63,879 nt of DNA, taken from the IMG/VR virus record IMGVR_UViG_3300044971_001666, positions 1 to 63,879 of that record. One strand, 5' to 3'. This document shows, piece by piece, positions 33,901 to 40,808 of the stretch. This DNA comes from a virus (taxonomy: Duplodnaviria; Caudoviricetes). Position numbers and translations under genes: made by a program. A model generated the notes under the pieces. The model did not search any database, was not told the origin of the DNA, and worked only from the letters and a program-made list of their open reading frames with translations. Positions within the stretch are counted from its first letter, which is position 1. Every line of letters begins with the position of its first letter.

Positions 33901-35086
33901 TGACGAAGCAGACGATGAAAAAGCAATTTACGGACAAGGAGATAAGAACTTTAATAGAAACAAAGTTATAGAAACTGTTCGCCCTCAAAATACCATAAGA
34001 ATAGGTGGGCGTGATATTTCATTCGATTTCTTTGGAACACTAGCAACTGAAATAAAAATACAGTCAATTGCAATGGACTTAAAAAGATACGCTGATAAAG
34101 AAATTACTAATACTCAATATATGGGTATGGTTTATAATCAAATTATAAGTTCATCATTCACAAAAGGACTTTCGGATATTGCAACCGCAGCTTCAAGTAC
34201 AGCCCAAACAGGTAAATTAGCTACTTATTTTGAGAAAAAAACAGCCGAGCTATCTACTAGAGTAGTTTTACCATTTACAAGTTTTGCTAGACAAGCGGGG
34301 CAAGTAGCAGAACCCGAAGCTAAAAAAGCAATTGGTTTAAAAGAAAATATAATTAAACAAGCGGGCGTTGGTGGTTGGCTGTTAAACAGACCGAACCTAG
34401 ATTATAGAGGAAGAACTTACGATACGGGCGAACTTTATACAAGTAGTGCTAGTGGCGCAATGAATTTATTTGGAAGTAGAGTAAATAAAGACCCTATTGA
34501 TATTTGGGTTTTAAAAGCTGCAAACAATAATTTAGGAGTTAGCGACATCAAAAAAGATAGTGATAAATTTTATTTAGTTGACAATCCCGATGGAACTTCT
34601 CGCCCAATGACTGACGAAGAAACTTATGATGTTTCAGCAGAAGCAGCTAGAATATTTAATGGTTTATTGGTTGACTACTATAATAAAGAAAAGAACAATC
34701 CTATTACTAAAACAAGTCAAGAGCAAGTTGCGAAAGATTTAAGCGAAAGACATAACGAAGCTAAAAAAGCATCGTTTAGAAAATTATTTAAAGGCAGTAA
34801 AAACGAGGACAAATATTTAGAAGATAAATTTGATTGGCTTAAAAAAGACGAAGGCAAAGAAACTGAAATCAAAAGAGCAGCCGATGATATTGCTAATAAA
34901 GTTAGTGAAGAAACAAAAGCATTGCGTGATAGATTACCTAAAGACAAATACGACAAACAAATATTTTTAGCTAAAATGCTTCGCTCAATAGTAAACAAAA
35001 CTACCACCTTAAAACAATGGAAAGAAGCGGGCATTATTGAAAGCGTAGAGAAAGAAGGACAAGAGATATTGAAATTGTCAAAATAA
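21914..35086 (+). CDS. giant polyvalent virion (ejection) protein, 4390 aa
   Basis: Gly/Ala membrane-like segments, HEMSGH zincin-like motif, ELQSD motif, kinase-like segment, long coiled coils. Confidence 0.8.
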   Translation: MPVEKDYIGGLHGYLKENFGDDFKLTTEQFKSKLSTDSAYANQLHGYLKENFGEGFKLDIADFQNKVGYIDPSKKKQNSSPNFATTLQEAITPLPSGVQKPLESSSPLASNLKSVATEKPIDAKTALLQKANQEQNLSNPLEGTTQTDVFIEENRKPTVLNMAKSINNKSQERVKVLTERVGLLKGIKDFEAQIPKIQESAQQLSDIVKDPTQPITSRQAAQEQLKLYQDQFDQFENAVNNYKGLIDKEKSIITDIHKDEDLRQKGLERDYNSITAFVDAIKSSTIKVGAGGAGMFNTLGLSGDPEDTNSENNEQVQNEVRNNVQTIKKFGESLVTQETPKNFEKIFEGDFSTKKLKYILAQGIGQTIPTVAAGFLGGAGGATIAGAGLGFIESKDMFKAAGLNEKQSDWAAFGLAIPLGALDEYGISDIITKPIGKLILKETTEDVIKTLAKKELTNEAIFETVKKTLGEKIKEYSIDVAKAGWKEPLTEMEQALLSEGAKQATEEITGKDSNANQTLSEYFKQTALKIAEEGVYGLAGGVGLSAVTSAIQNRTTPSAYQRAMELKNPELLQDFTEQLDSEVQSGRLTTEQAQIALENVKKIQELDGKIPNTIKDIDKRSMAASLVGVKDELKLEIEGKDETLVQPLKDEIKNIDQTLLDIAQNKPIEEIENGLNEQETSMSEIPTNQEQKIETPQETKTTTTPSSDNSSEVAALGSVEVPKTLSQLKISDEITQTLENKLKGLESERTNKLIENKGKGKFDDRLKDEIEEVKRNIYKRENELASRRNSDLESKIKDGSLLKLISENKITAEDARGLIIESGMEIPSEIQSIVDKNKQDKKENKQSIIERDTDFLGNEKEAYMVNNDKANGIRTQEDIDYYKANVKRAIESGKYEKSVKEGRMTANDARIIVESYGLKVPKTLETLLKTEQTNEPTPIEATIPTSNKGTQTAEPTKQDGEAKVESKPIALPKENDVVTLEVPNRLPIKMAFKDGVWKQKIGNEFTEVAKSVQDNAQAKFDEQNKTQLENGINKTESKESKPITIQRGKEADKEGANANARNEAKREEIKSAFKKLRDEGLLKTADKTLIGKAKRVLGIKSAPMSDAEIDVQMALIDAMADVWKKTTGKDNFYETFIADVKKGNLAELQKIGGVLFQDTENTKRPTTRVTLAVFDATQFEKMKGQQVAPQAISDLVKGRGKQIEKDIINMVLGYDKYKGQKRISFDEFRSDVETQIMKLEKIRTDSYANYGYDNLGDNENYGERETVIFNSPIEHGEKGHFSGDFTTEGLDKTEWELKQIPNTDKWAAMDKNMPSNVTADNVAEYVGTAGEKAEVEKWIADRDKESIGGLNKGLFGHIRKWFNKSDGIFHIAELQSDYYQKNKASDLLKPEVGQDEIDAYMNKNVWQPMDREISRKIKEQFGITVKKFDDKFIAYDKEGRPLSEVELKEEPLVGLNVGDFEENAVVVYALKSLSERRVNDEKLENGTYKGTLNTSKDGGKIDTVILNTEKEVEDFAKANDGRLNGSEDSYNVIRENYHEERKKLRQTEEQKFIQKRQAELEKTKPTNIQLKQFVASQKVHELRLLREAIKMAADEGAETVRFPDQYTLAVIEGYTDATGQGNTPYEVVNGDSDRLYEGDMIDYGGENMTVVEQNRDTITVVPSDEVSIYNLYDLINDETDDRVREIEYEAKRHFGDMEAITKEDVESYEPDEWMGAEAKSLLEEYFEQNEEEETVSWKEIKNGLYDSINSNYSEMSVDDILGWSGTVWQDGDTIYAIEGRNYETFNQPDGYEESSTKEDYYDNLSSDQKTVVDKYGELGKQFEKMRPDARLIQDENGMGWYETTITEEDKNNPIVAFQEEGGKVKGAIDFTNNNKATLYVFDGADISTLAHEMSGHLGRRVLEKLAEASPEFAKKYEAVKKWAGVKDVWTTKAEEKFARGFERYLRDGVAPTKALKEVFSKLKEWLSGIYKIIKGSSIDVKLTNDVRNVFDSLLGKEQVEQKPTTAEKVAKAEKSINDIRNKLKEKFKVNLPEGTQTKGFTMNELIDVIADTAIQIAKTGIEINEAIKQAIQYLKEEGDLEDFDETEIFDKAKEAVSTTEAAIVKDPILKRINKAFLKIGTEILDNAEALMAKAASIVGDVRKNVTAGFETRDGKPIGFTYDTDQVARERFDFSKLKQIGKGSDRTVFDLGNGRVLKVAHTARGLEQNIYEGDYLLKGIIPEVFERGLNYVVVENTPRLKAADKVITYDYETGEENGTTTAGDMLRQLGQFNQSHFEKHNDNLLRILGKFGFSDIMSYDVLFGDFTAIRNWGYKDGMAVHLDGGTFGGVRMLTNHKNKAPLSDPEFREIYNKSKQLKKQFGDTDKNTRFNITMPNGSQVTVKPFESNSEDKNNALIRENNIEGKLLNKQESESLQKEIESKYQIEGQPKFGQENEDIRTNLFNYENPIAEKDVNGVNLRIAEGLIEGEKFSGNRKKTFLLYADGKIVGKFYSVEDAKKVVKFIEQNLINQKTLLPQGQPLFQLNDKGEILGFTHNGKIYLNGEKITANTTMEEAGHIWINWAKENRSDLYKQGIEKVLGSKYLIEVNNNPNYQAEALKAGEKGSEAYNAYMQEEALAKAIADNGAKFITETRKANFREWVTAMWKEVVKAFGIQNLSPNQVKKLTLEQFAKMAAADVFKKESVMTDKEKATAKVEILDADQKMLVDDITIAENDEETIQGVKGFIDSMNRAKGLTQEEKDAMNERLGRNYEVLSNEKLELIGKTIIEELGGLDKALLEAQNAKSDLLPYMKTFILGQAILENKKLEQNAATQEAKNKYADIQIDLFDKLDNLSRDFGRAIQYLNKLYSKSALAVTRKAKKILADRNGANQIEAEQAADKIEAAIFEDDNTDSANEALQDLLNNEKEKVKELEAAYEKLKKQIANPTEPRPNNPKRDLGSSKDKKATIKRLKETKYNANRQNIIPIAPPKLMEDLNDLTLEYMEEGFYDFEDIQKKLKKDLGGLHSDYYAEAYEQSKEKAVSKGVKESEFTPTEQVNTILDKQRETSDAAKLAKASERLAKAQIEKVKQALSTDANKKSFKERLKNLIPKSGNIWLKYQESNVNSLVAKLNATASKNESPLLAEFSKLVTQNINEKLNELMPKGNNVSQEKNKSLELADIIKNEEKFAEIYEKALTKIKEQNKDNPKAISLLENLLEQNDLGKPFSKKAISNAIEQKIKQTKQSIDDVIIEGEESILAFKQKIVDSILKDAELDTEVEAEIKDRIEFEVDNLFNTQAKNHYKTTAQRIVNDAKSMADLPTTKKEAKVISQLISKVASMAKDTMINKKQVVGKTPLELMEFALKNAEIGRKIFTEAQKEVQDIIKNDENLTAQEKADLKQFLENYQKSIFDALLTNKNKDLIIKEALVKLGYATQDSKGNIVADLGKIALSKNTPKEAIEKVKEAISNELGLDPSEIDDLLAALETRFNELIQAKKEAKINAVVKANDRYKAATQFSNKARKDKIRSLIELYNAGGLTNDKILEKMARDLGIIAFTDNDQKIIEDLLQRIDNAGLGFVSAGLEEELQAYFEHIGGTFAMKEMFERWRARLLSGFITTGKNLTGFFDTGFMIGHQLIDSNMNMGLLKGNVDLNILKVIRQANRIGGTLALESLVNGSVDNGSAFAEQTGQKEGTPSVRFLEFQKYHNYWTPDLPVTVKGVTFNLNPINALKKNEKYVQRVLGATDSVNHTILQEMKSYTFIKRVVMRGSPEMSAKEAAKVAYEIMYYLDITEATIAASEMYKEQGLDIDKNKRAFNKLVYKLAQDHTLFRALRKATDEFKKSNIEYTSKSGKLKLNRRINEIAQQTRADDVIKAATEFASRYTYKQSDMGVFPLVANLIKYVKDVFPLMAARIRKNAKGTAYSKQANKIANGIEISGELLFTSTMPFINGVANILEKGLEFNPIYGGIKSATYLGLALNANNKKDTTKARELSAKSGEVIYRVAVGMLLMALLQSLADDDEADDEKAIYGQGDKNFNRNKVIETVRPQNTIRIGGRDISFDFFGTLATEIKIQSIAMDLKRYADKEITNTQYMGMVYNQIISSSFTKGLSDIATAASSTAQTGKLATYFEKKTAELSTRVVLPFTSFARQAGQVAEPEAKKAIGLKENIIKQAGVGGWLLNRPNLDYRGRTYDTGELYTSSASGAMNLFGSRVNKDPIDIWVLKAANNNLGVSDIKKDSDKFYLVDNPDGTSRPMTDEETYDVSAEAARIFNGLLVDYYNKEKNNPITKTSQEQVAKDLSERHNEAKKASFRKLFKGSKNEDKYLEDKFDWLKKDEGKETEIKRAADDIANKVSEETKALRDRLPKDKYDKQIFLAKMLRSIVNKTTTLKQWKEAGIIESVEKEGQEILKLSK

Positions 35087-35127
35087 TACATATATTTGAA
35101 ACGTCAAGAAAAACGACATAAAAAACA

Positions 35128-36285
35128 ATGAGAACATACAGACTGTATTACACACAGAGAAACCGTAAAGGTGCAATTTTAGATGGAAGTTGCCAAAGAA
35201 AAGATGGACAGTATTATACTATCCTTACAACGGGTGAAATTAAAAAAGGAGTAGAACATACTCGAAAAGTAGGCGAAATTTGGAACTTTAAACTTTCAAC
35301 ATATTTGCAAATCCCTTCACTAGATAAAGTGGATAAATTCTCTTGGGGTTTAATTCACGTTCCCGAAGCCCACGACATTGCCAAAATGGATAATGAAGTG
35401 GAAAGAAATCAAGCTGTAAAAATGCAGAACTTAGTTAAGTTTGTTAAATTACACCCATTAGTTGCAGAGTATCATTCAGTAACAAAAGAGCAGTTAAACA
35501 TAAACTTTAGCGTAGGACTTACAAGAGGAATTAACTTTGTATTGGTTGACGAAACAGCAATTGAAGAAAAAGCGTTTAATACTAATCGTGAGCAAACAAA
35601 AGCAATTTTATCATTAGACGAAATCTATGACAATTGTTTAGAAGAAAAAGACTTTACAGAACTTGTAGATATTTGCTTTGGACTAAACTTAGCTATTAAA
35701 CCACAGCTAAACGAACCAATGGTGAACTATAATAAAGCAAAAGAATTTATCAACCATTCACCAAAAAGATTTGTTGACTTTGTTTCAAAGAAAAACGAAA
35801 GCCAATATCTAATTGTGTTTAGGAAAGCAATTACAGAACTAAAAAAAGGCAGTAATCCAATTATTACTTTCAAAAACGGTAACTACTATTTTGGAGAACA
35901 AATAATTGGTAAAGACGAAACAGAAGTAATCTACTTCTTCAAAACCAATACTAAGGTATTCGATTACCTTTTAGCAGCAACACAAGGAAAACTTACAAGC
36001 GAAGAAGTGTCCGATAAAATAGACATTGAATTAGGCACACAAGAAAGTGGACACGTTGAAGAAAAAGCGGTAATTGAAACTAATACAGATATTGTAGAGG
36101 AAATTACTCAAGCAGTAGATAAGTGTATTGAACGCTTAGAAAAACATAAAGGCAAGGCAACTTTCGATAATCTTAAAGACAAGATAAAAGTTGAAGCAAA
36201 CGCTTACAATGAAACTGAAAAAATAATGTTCATTGATGTTTTTAACGCTAAAACTAAACTCAAAAATATAGAGTTTTCTTTATAA
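35128..36285 (+). CDS. hypothetical protein
   Basis: 385 aa ORF with TATATTTG at 35091-35098 and a downstream terminator. Confidence 0.75.
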   Translation: MRTYRLYYTQRNRKGAILDGSCQRKDGQYYTILTTGEIKKGVEHTRKVGEIWNFKLSTYLQIPSLDKVDKFSWGLIHVPEAHDIAKMDNEVERNQAVKMQNLVKFVKLHPLVAEYHSVTKEQLNINFSVGLTRGINFVLVDETAIEEKAFNTNREQTKAILSLDEIYDNCLEEKDFTELVDICFGLNLAIKPQLNEPMVNYNKAKEFINHSPKRFVDFVSKKNESQYLIVFRKAITELKKGSNPIITFKNGNYYFGEQIIGKDETEVIYFFKTNTKVFDYLLAATQGKLTSEEVSDKIDIELGTQESGHVEEKAVIETNTDIVEEITQAVDKCIERLEKHKGKATFDNLKDKIKVEANAYNETEKIMFIDVFNAKTKLKNIEFSL

Positions 36286-36296
36286 CACTCACACAG

Positions 36297-36329
36297 AAAG
36301 CCCTAGATTTAACCATTTAGGGCTTTTTT
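36297..36329. terminator. intrinsic terminator
   Basis: AAAGCCCTAGAT-ttaacc-ATTTAGGGCTTTTT. Confidence 0.8.
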
Positions 36330-36591
36330 AAAACATTTATAATCCAAGTATATCGGTAATAATTTAAAGGTTTGAGGTAGGTAAGTAAAAATGTTACCCC
36401 TACCCCTAAAGAAGTAACACTCTTACTCAAAATGTCTATCGTATAATGAACTCAATAGGAATCGGTTTTGGCTTTAAAAGGAAAATGTTACATCCATGCT
36501 TTAAATTTAAAAGAAATAATTTGGTAATCGTAATTAGCGAATGGTATAAAACCTCGCCACAGACCAATGGAAGCGTTTTTGAAGTAGGCGT

Positions 36592-36699
36592 AAAAAAAGC
36601 CTTAAAGGGTAGGACTTTAAAGCTTTCGGTTTAATTGCTCAAACCTTGTAATGTAATATCTTGTGTTTTAGTCCTACCCTTAACAACACAGCAAATATA
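36592..36699 (-). ncRNA. candidate small RNA/leader (promoter, hairpin, terminator)
   Basis: TATATTTG (-) at 36692-36699; 12-nt complementarity between 36605-36616 and 36670-36681; U-tailed hairpin. Confidence 0.45.
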
Positions 36700-36735
36700 A
36701 TATTTATTTTAAACAATGCAAATAAAAAATACACT

Positions 36736-37239
36736 ATGTCGAAATTATTCGTAAAACCACAACGACCTAAAAGAAAAAAGAAGCTAAACATAATCTTCAA
36801 TCTATTCTCGTTTTGCCCTTTAGAAGATGCAGATTACAATTGTTTTATTTCGTTCAGATATTACCAAAGAAAAAATGAAGAGTTTTTTGCTTGGGGATAC
36901 ACAATAAAATCAAAGAATGAAATTATTAAACAAGATAGAAGCCAAGTACACTATCACGAAGGAATTAGTGAGTTTTCGCTTACATATACAGCAATTAGTA
37001 GAATATTTGATTATTTTATTTCAAACGATTTAGTAGAAGCGAAAATTAATTTATTCTCCGAAAGCCCATTAGTGTTTGACCAAATGGCGGGGAATGTAAA
37101 GATAAACCCAAAAGCCTATTGCGCTGACTTAGCTTGGGAGATACAAGATAAAATGGTAGAGTTTTACAATTTAAGGCTAAACTTTATAACAAGAACATCA
37201 AATATTGACAATTATAACTATATTCACGAATTAGTTTAA
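36736..37239 (+). CDS. RNase H-fold protein, apparently catalytically degenerate
   Basis: AWGYTI, LTYTAI, INLFSESPLVFDQMAG.VKI, FITRTSN follow RNase HI spacing, but acidic catalytic residues are altered. Confidence 0.6.
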   Translation: MSKLFVKPQRPKRKKKLNIIFNLFSFCPLEDADYNCFISFRYYQRKNEEFFAWGYTIKSKNEIIKQDRSQVHYHEGISEFSLTYTAISRIFDYFISNDLVEAKINLFSESPLVFDQMAGNVKINPKAYCADLAWEIQDKMVEFYNLRLNFITRTSNIDNYNYIHELV

Positions 37240-37436
37240 AGTACCTCTATTTCGTTTCTCACTTGGTCAAGATAGTTATTATACCCATCTGAATTAAGCG
37301 GGTTTTCTCTAGCGAAAGCTACTGCGCTTAAAGCACATTTCTTAGCTATTAGTGATTTGTTTACCGAACTTTTTACCATTGGTAAATAAGTAGAATACAA
37401 TTCTTTGGCTTTTTGTTTGGGGAATGTTATAATCAT
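37236..37436 (-). CDS. hypothetical protein, paralog of cassette gene 42749..43027
   Basis: KQKAKEL...AKKCAL.AV...V.NEI..L shared. Confidence 0.65.
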   Translation of the reverse strand: MIITFPKQKAKELYSTYLPMVKSSVNKSLIAKKCALSAVAFARENPLNSDGYNNYLDQVRNEIEVL

Positions 37437-38008
37437 TAGTTTAGTTCTTTGATTTGTTTTAGTAAGTACTTTGAAATAGCTATTATGCGTTGAAATTCTG
37501 CTGCTGTTGCGTAGTGCCTATTATATTCAGCATTGTTTAAGTCGCCTTCTCTTTTTGCAATATCTTTTTCAATAAACTCAACAACCTTTTGCTTAAAGTC
37601 TTTTTCGGTTGGTTCTTCTTTTGGTAGTGGTTCATAAACTGCTTCCCATGTTTCTACTATTTCTTTAGGCATAAAATAAGTATTGCTTACCTCATCATCA
37701 TCATTTTTTGTACTGTAAGCAGTATAGCCATTATGATATTCGCCCTCTTTAAAATAAAGTTCGCCCTCTTTTATGTTTCCGCCAAACAAATCAAACGGTG
37801 CTTTATACCCAATTAGCTTTCCTTTTTCTTCGGGTGCGTTCCATTGGTTGAATAGAATTTGCGCTTTTTCTTTGCTTTGTTTACCTTTTAAATTATTCCA
37901 AATTTTAGGCAAAGTGTCCATAACCAAATATTCTGCAAGTTCTGTTAAACTCAAATTCTTTGCTTTGGTTTCTTTCAACCATGTTTCTAGTTCTGTTTTT
38001 TGTACCAT
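37436..38008 (-). CDS. hypothetical protein
   Basis: 190 aa ORF coupled to next gene. Confidence 0.7.
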   Translation of the reverse strand: MVQKTELETWLKETKAKNLSLTELAEYLVMDTLPKIWNNLKGKQSKEKAQILFNQWNAPEEKGKLIGYKAPFDLFGGNIKEGELYFKEGEYHNGYTAYSTKNDDDEVSNTYFMPKEIVETWEAVYEPLPKEEPTEKDFKQKVVEFIEKDIAKREGDLNNAEYNRHYATAAEFQRIIAISKYLLKQIKELN

Positions 38009-38069
38009 GTTTTTATTATTATATTTCTTAAAATCTCGTAGGCTATTATGCCAAGTGCTAGGTTTAGTA

Positions 38070-38753
38070 TCATGCTTTTATGTGTTGGTAAATAGTTTTA
38101 AGCGTATAATTAATGCTGTTTTCATTCAGCTTCACCTTAATATCTTTTGCAGCCATTCCATTTTTAGCATAGGCTTTGATTAGTTCTACTCCGATTGGTG
38201 AAGTAGGTTTGTAGGTACGGTTTTTTGCAACTAGAGCCATTTGTTTTTTAGCATACTCTTTATCTTGCATAAGAGGACTACCTAGAGAAGTAATTGTATT
38301 CCCTTTTTTGGTAACGTAAACCTTATCTTTTTTAAGTCTATTTTTTATAGAGTTCAATCCATTAACGGTTCTTTCGGAAATCATTTCACGCTCCCTTTGT
38401 GCCATAGCTGCAAATAAATTTATTGTAAAGCCATCACATTCAGGCATATCCGAACATATAAACTTAACCTTACTTTCCATGAGTGAACTAATAAAGTAAA
38501 CATTTCTCGAAAGTCTATCCAGTTTAGCCACAACTAAAGTAGCGTTATGTAGCTTACACATATTTATAGCTTCTAAAAGCATGGGTCTATTATTCTTTTT
38601 GCCCGATTCTATTTCGGTAAAAGACTTAATTACAATACCACTATCTGTTATCTGCTTCACAGCCTTTTCTTGCGCTTCTAAACCAAGTCCGCTTTGACCC
38701 TGTTCTTTAGTAGAAACTCTTTTATAAGCCACATATTTTTCATCGTTTTGCAT
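38070..38753 (-). CDS. small serine recombinase (resolvase/invertase family)
   Basis: YVAYKRVST.EQ..SGLGLEAQ, ESGK..NRP, LVVAKLDRLSR, ERE.ISERT. Confidence 0.93.
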   Translation of the reverse strand: MQNDEKYVAYKRVSTKEQGQSGLGLEAQEKAVKQITDSGIVIKSFTEIESGKKNNRPMLLEAINMCKLHNATLVVAKLDRLSRNVYFISSLMESKVKFICSDMPECDGFTINLFAAMAQREREMISERTVNGLNSIKNRLKKDKVYVTKKGNTITSLGSPLMQDKEYAKKQMALVAKNRTYKPTSPIGVELIKAYAKNGMAAKDIKVKLNENSINYTLKTIYQHIKA

Positions 38754-38757
38754 GGTT

Positions 38758-38881
38758 CAAAGTTAAATTCTTACTTTGTATTTCCTAAATAATTATTCTA
38801 ACAAAAGAAAAACGCATTGATATTCAGATTAATAAAATTTATTTTAGAATGTTTAAGTAATACTACTTGTAATTACGTTTG
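38758..38881. promoter_or_regulatory. divergent promoter region
   Basis: TAACTTTG on - (38758-38765) and TACGTTTG on + (38874-38881). Confidence 0.55.
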
Positions 38882-38920
38882 GTAATATTATTTTTGCTTG
38901 ACCAAAAAGAAATAAATAAA

Positions 38921-39175
38921 ATGAAACAATCAAAACTAACCGAAGAAACGAAAGTAATCTTGTTGCACAATGACAACCAAGAGAAACTAGCTGAACTAGC
39001 AAAAGAGTTCGGAATAAAAGCTGTAAGCATGATTAAGAACATCAAACAAGATAGTAGATTACTAACACAGCCTTGTTATTTAACAGCAATAAAGAAACAC
39101 TTCAAGCTGCCTAATAAAATGGTGCTTACAGAAGATTTTATCATACAAGACGCTTACCTTAGCAAACATAACTAA
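38921..39175 (+). CDS. small putative HTH regulator
   Basis: LAELAKEFGIKAVSMIKNI; first gene after promoter. Confidence 0.45.
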   Translation: MKQSKLTEETKVILLHNDNQEKLAELAKEFGIKAVSMIKNIKQDSRLLTQPCYLTAIKKHFKLPNKMVLTEDFIIQDAYLSKHN

Positions 39176-39192
39176 CATAAAAACAAAAAATA

Positions 39193-39408
39193 ATGAGTAC
39201 AATACTATTTGAATGCGATGTTACAGAGTTTGACATCGTTCCCGAAAAAAAGAACAATGAAAACTGCTTTGCGATAAACGACAAAGCCCTAGTAATTAAC
39301 TTCATGGACACAAGAAGTTCAAAACACGGAGAAATTATGGTGCAATCAGAAATTGAGCGAAAAGATGCTCTTGAACTTGCTAAACTAATTATTTTAAAAT
39401 ACAGTTAG
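39193..39408 (+). CDS. hypothetical protein
   Basis: ends DALELAKLI, like EAIKLAKEI in 56895..57101. Confidence 0.6.
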   Translation: MSTILFECDVTEFDIVPEKKNNENCFAINDKALVINFMDTRSSKHGEIMVQSEIERKDALELAKLIILKYS

Positions 39409-39720
39409 ATGGAAAATACATTTACAGAAGAAGAAATGTGTAAGTTCTTATCAGAAAAGATTGGGATATACTTTTTAGATATGAATAGCGTGGTTGTAGA
39501 TACCCAAAAAGTATTCAATGAGTTTCTCGCTGAAAGAAAAAGAGAAAAAGACTTAAAGGCTAATTTAATTAAGACAGACGAGAAAATGATAATACTAAAA
39601 GACTTATTGCGCTACGAAAAGGAAATAATAAGCAGCCCAATAAGGTTTAATGGAGTTTCCGTAGAACATATACGACAAGTATTTGCTAGGTATGGAACAA
39701 TTGAAGATATAAAGTTTTAA
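39409..39720 (+). CDS. hypothetical protein
   Basis: ORF in operon. Confidence 0.6.
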   Translation: MENTFTEEEMCKFLSEKIGIYFLDMNSVVVDTQKVFNEFLAERKREKDLKANLIKTDEKMIILKDLLRYEKEIISSPIRFNGVSVEHIRQVFARYGTIEDIKF

Positions 39721-39723
39721 ACC

Positions 39724-39758
39724 AAAAAAGCCCTACTAAAATTAATTAGTGGGGCTTT
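39724..39758. terminator. bidirectional terminator
   Basis: AAAGCCCTACTAA...TTAGTGGGGCTTT between convergent genes. Confidence 0.75.
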
Positions 39759-39763
39759 CCTTA

Positions 39764-39979
39764 TTAGTTCATGTCGTTTTCTTTCCAATAATCAAAAGCA
39801 TCGGGCATCGGAGCAGCTTTATCTTCTTTAGTAGTGTCTGTTTTATGATAACGCTTTTCTGCTTCGCTCTCACTTTCTGCAATCCATTGGGTTAGTGTTA
39901 TAGCAGCCCTAACTATGTTCGTAGAATCGAATAGTTGCTTTACTGCTTTTAGGGTTTTAATGTCGTAATTATTGCTCAT
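39764..39979 (-). CDS. hypothetical protein
   Basis: ORF downstream of SSB-like gene. Confidence 0.55.
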   Translation of the reverse strand: MSNNYDIKTLKAVKQLFDSTNIVRAAITLTQWIAESESEAEKRYHKTDTTKEDKAAPMPDAFDYWKENDMN

Positions 39980-40006
39980 TGTTATATTGTTGATTATCAG
40001 TTAGTT

Positions 40007-40405
40007 CTAAAAAGGCAACGAATCGTTTCCATCATCTTCTACTTCGCTAAAACTAGGCTCTCCTTTTGCTAGTGGTCTTTCTAATGGCGCAGAAGGAGTG
40101 CTTTGCGTAGGTGCTGAATTACTGTTAGCAGCCCATACATTCCAAGCGATAAGGTTTGTAAAATACTTTCCTTGCCACTCTCTCGAAACTGGCTCATACT
40201 TAACGGTACATACCGAACCTAAACTTGGAGTTTTAACTTTATCGCTTTTGATTTCAAATGCAATCTTCTTAGGATATTCACCATTCGTTTCAATGACAAA
40301 CACTCGTTTAACACCCTCACCTTTTTGAGTTTGGTATCTTTCTTCGGGTAAAACTGCGATAACCGTTCCAATCGCTTCGGGGCTTTTCTTTTCTTCTGCT
40401 GACAT
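40007..40405 (-). CDS. DUF3127 family SSB-like protein
   Basis: FVIET.GEYPKKIAFE...SREWQGKYFTNLIAW and acidic DDGNDSLPF tail. Confidence 0.88.
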   Translation of the reverse strand: MSAEEKKSPEAIGTVIAVLPEERYQTQKGEGVKRVFVIETNGEYPKKIAFEIKSDKVKTPSLGSVCTVKYEPVSREWQGKYFTNLIAWNVWAANSNSAPTQSTPSAPLERPLAKGEPSFSEVEDDGNDSLPF

Positions 40406-40503
40406 ATTCTTCGTTTAATTATATTACAAATTAACTACATTGTAATAAATAATGCAAGAAATATTTTATTTATTTTTTACTTGTTTATTAAAGACATAAC
40501 AAT

Positions 40504-40511
40504 TACTTTTG
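40504..40511 (+). promoter_or_regulatory. TAnnTTTG promoter upstream of RHH gene and cassette array 1
   Basis: TACTTTTG with TTG at 40481. Confidence 0.6.
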
Positions 40512-40536
40512 TAGTATATAAATTATTACAATCAAA

Positions 40537-40677
40537 ATGATTAAGGAAAAAGACATAGTAATAAGAGTAGAACCCGAATTTAAAAAGACGCTGCAACAAA
40601 AGGCTAAATTACTAGGTCTTAGTTTATCTTCTTTCGTTAGGTCTGTTTTAGTAAAGGAATTGAAAAACAATAAATAA
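40537..40677 (+). CDS. ribbon-helix-helix DNA-binding protein (not in ORF track)
   Basis: manual translation MIKEKDIVIRVEPEFKKTLQQKAKLLGLSLSSFVRSVLVKELKNNK. Confidence 0.8.
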   Translation: MIKEKDIVIRVEPEFKKTLQQKAKLLGLSLSSFVRSVLVKELKNNK

Positions 40678-40708
40678 AATGAAAAATAAATTGTCAAAGC
40701 GAAACGAG

Positions 40709-40739
40709 AAGCCCGCCTTTTGCTTATGTGCTGTTATAT
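40709..40739. repeat. half attC-like site (one arm plus core)
   Basis: AAGCCCGCCTTTTGCTTATGTGCT-GTTATAT resembles the right arm of 41655..41787; no partner arm upstream. Confidence 0.65.
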
Positions 40740-40808
40740 GAAGTGCCGACTTATTTACGATAAAGCCCAATTGGAACACTAAACAGAAAAACAAAAAGAA
40801 AAAAAGCG

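Noticed and set aside
21914-35086. Virion RNA polymerase as in crAss-like phages
   Set aside because: No DxDxD-type catalytic motif in a suitable context was seen; a profile search would be needed to exclude it fully.
23008-35091. Minus-strand ORFs within the giant gene and other antisense ORFs in the track
   Set aside because: They shadow long sense genes, have Ser/Phe/Leu-rich composition and show no independent signals.
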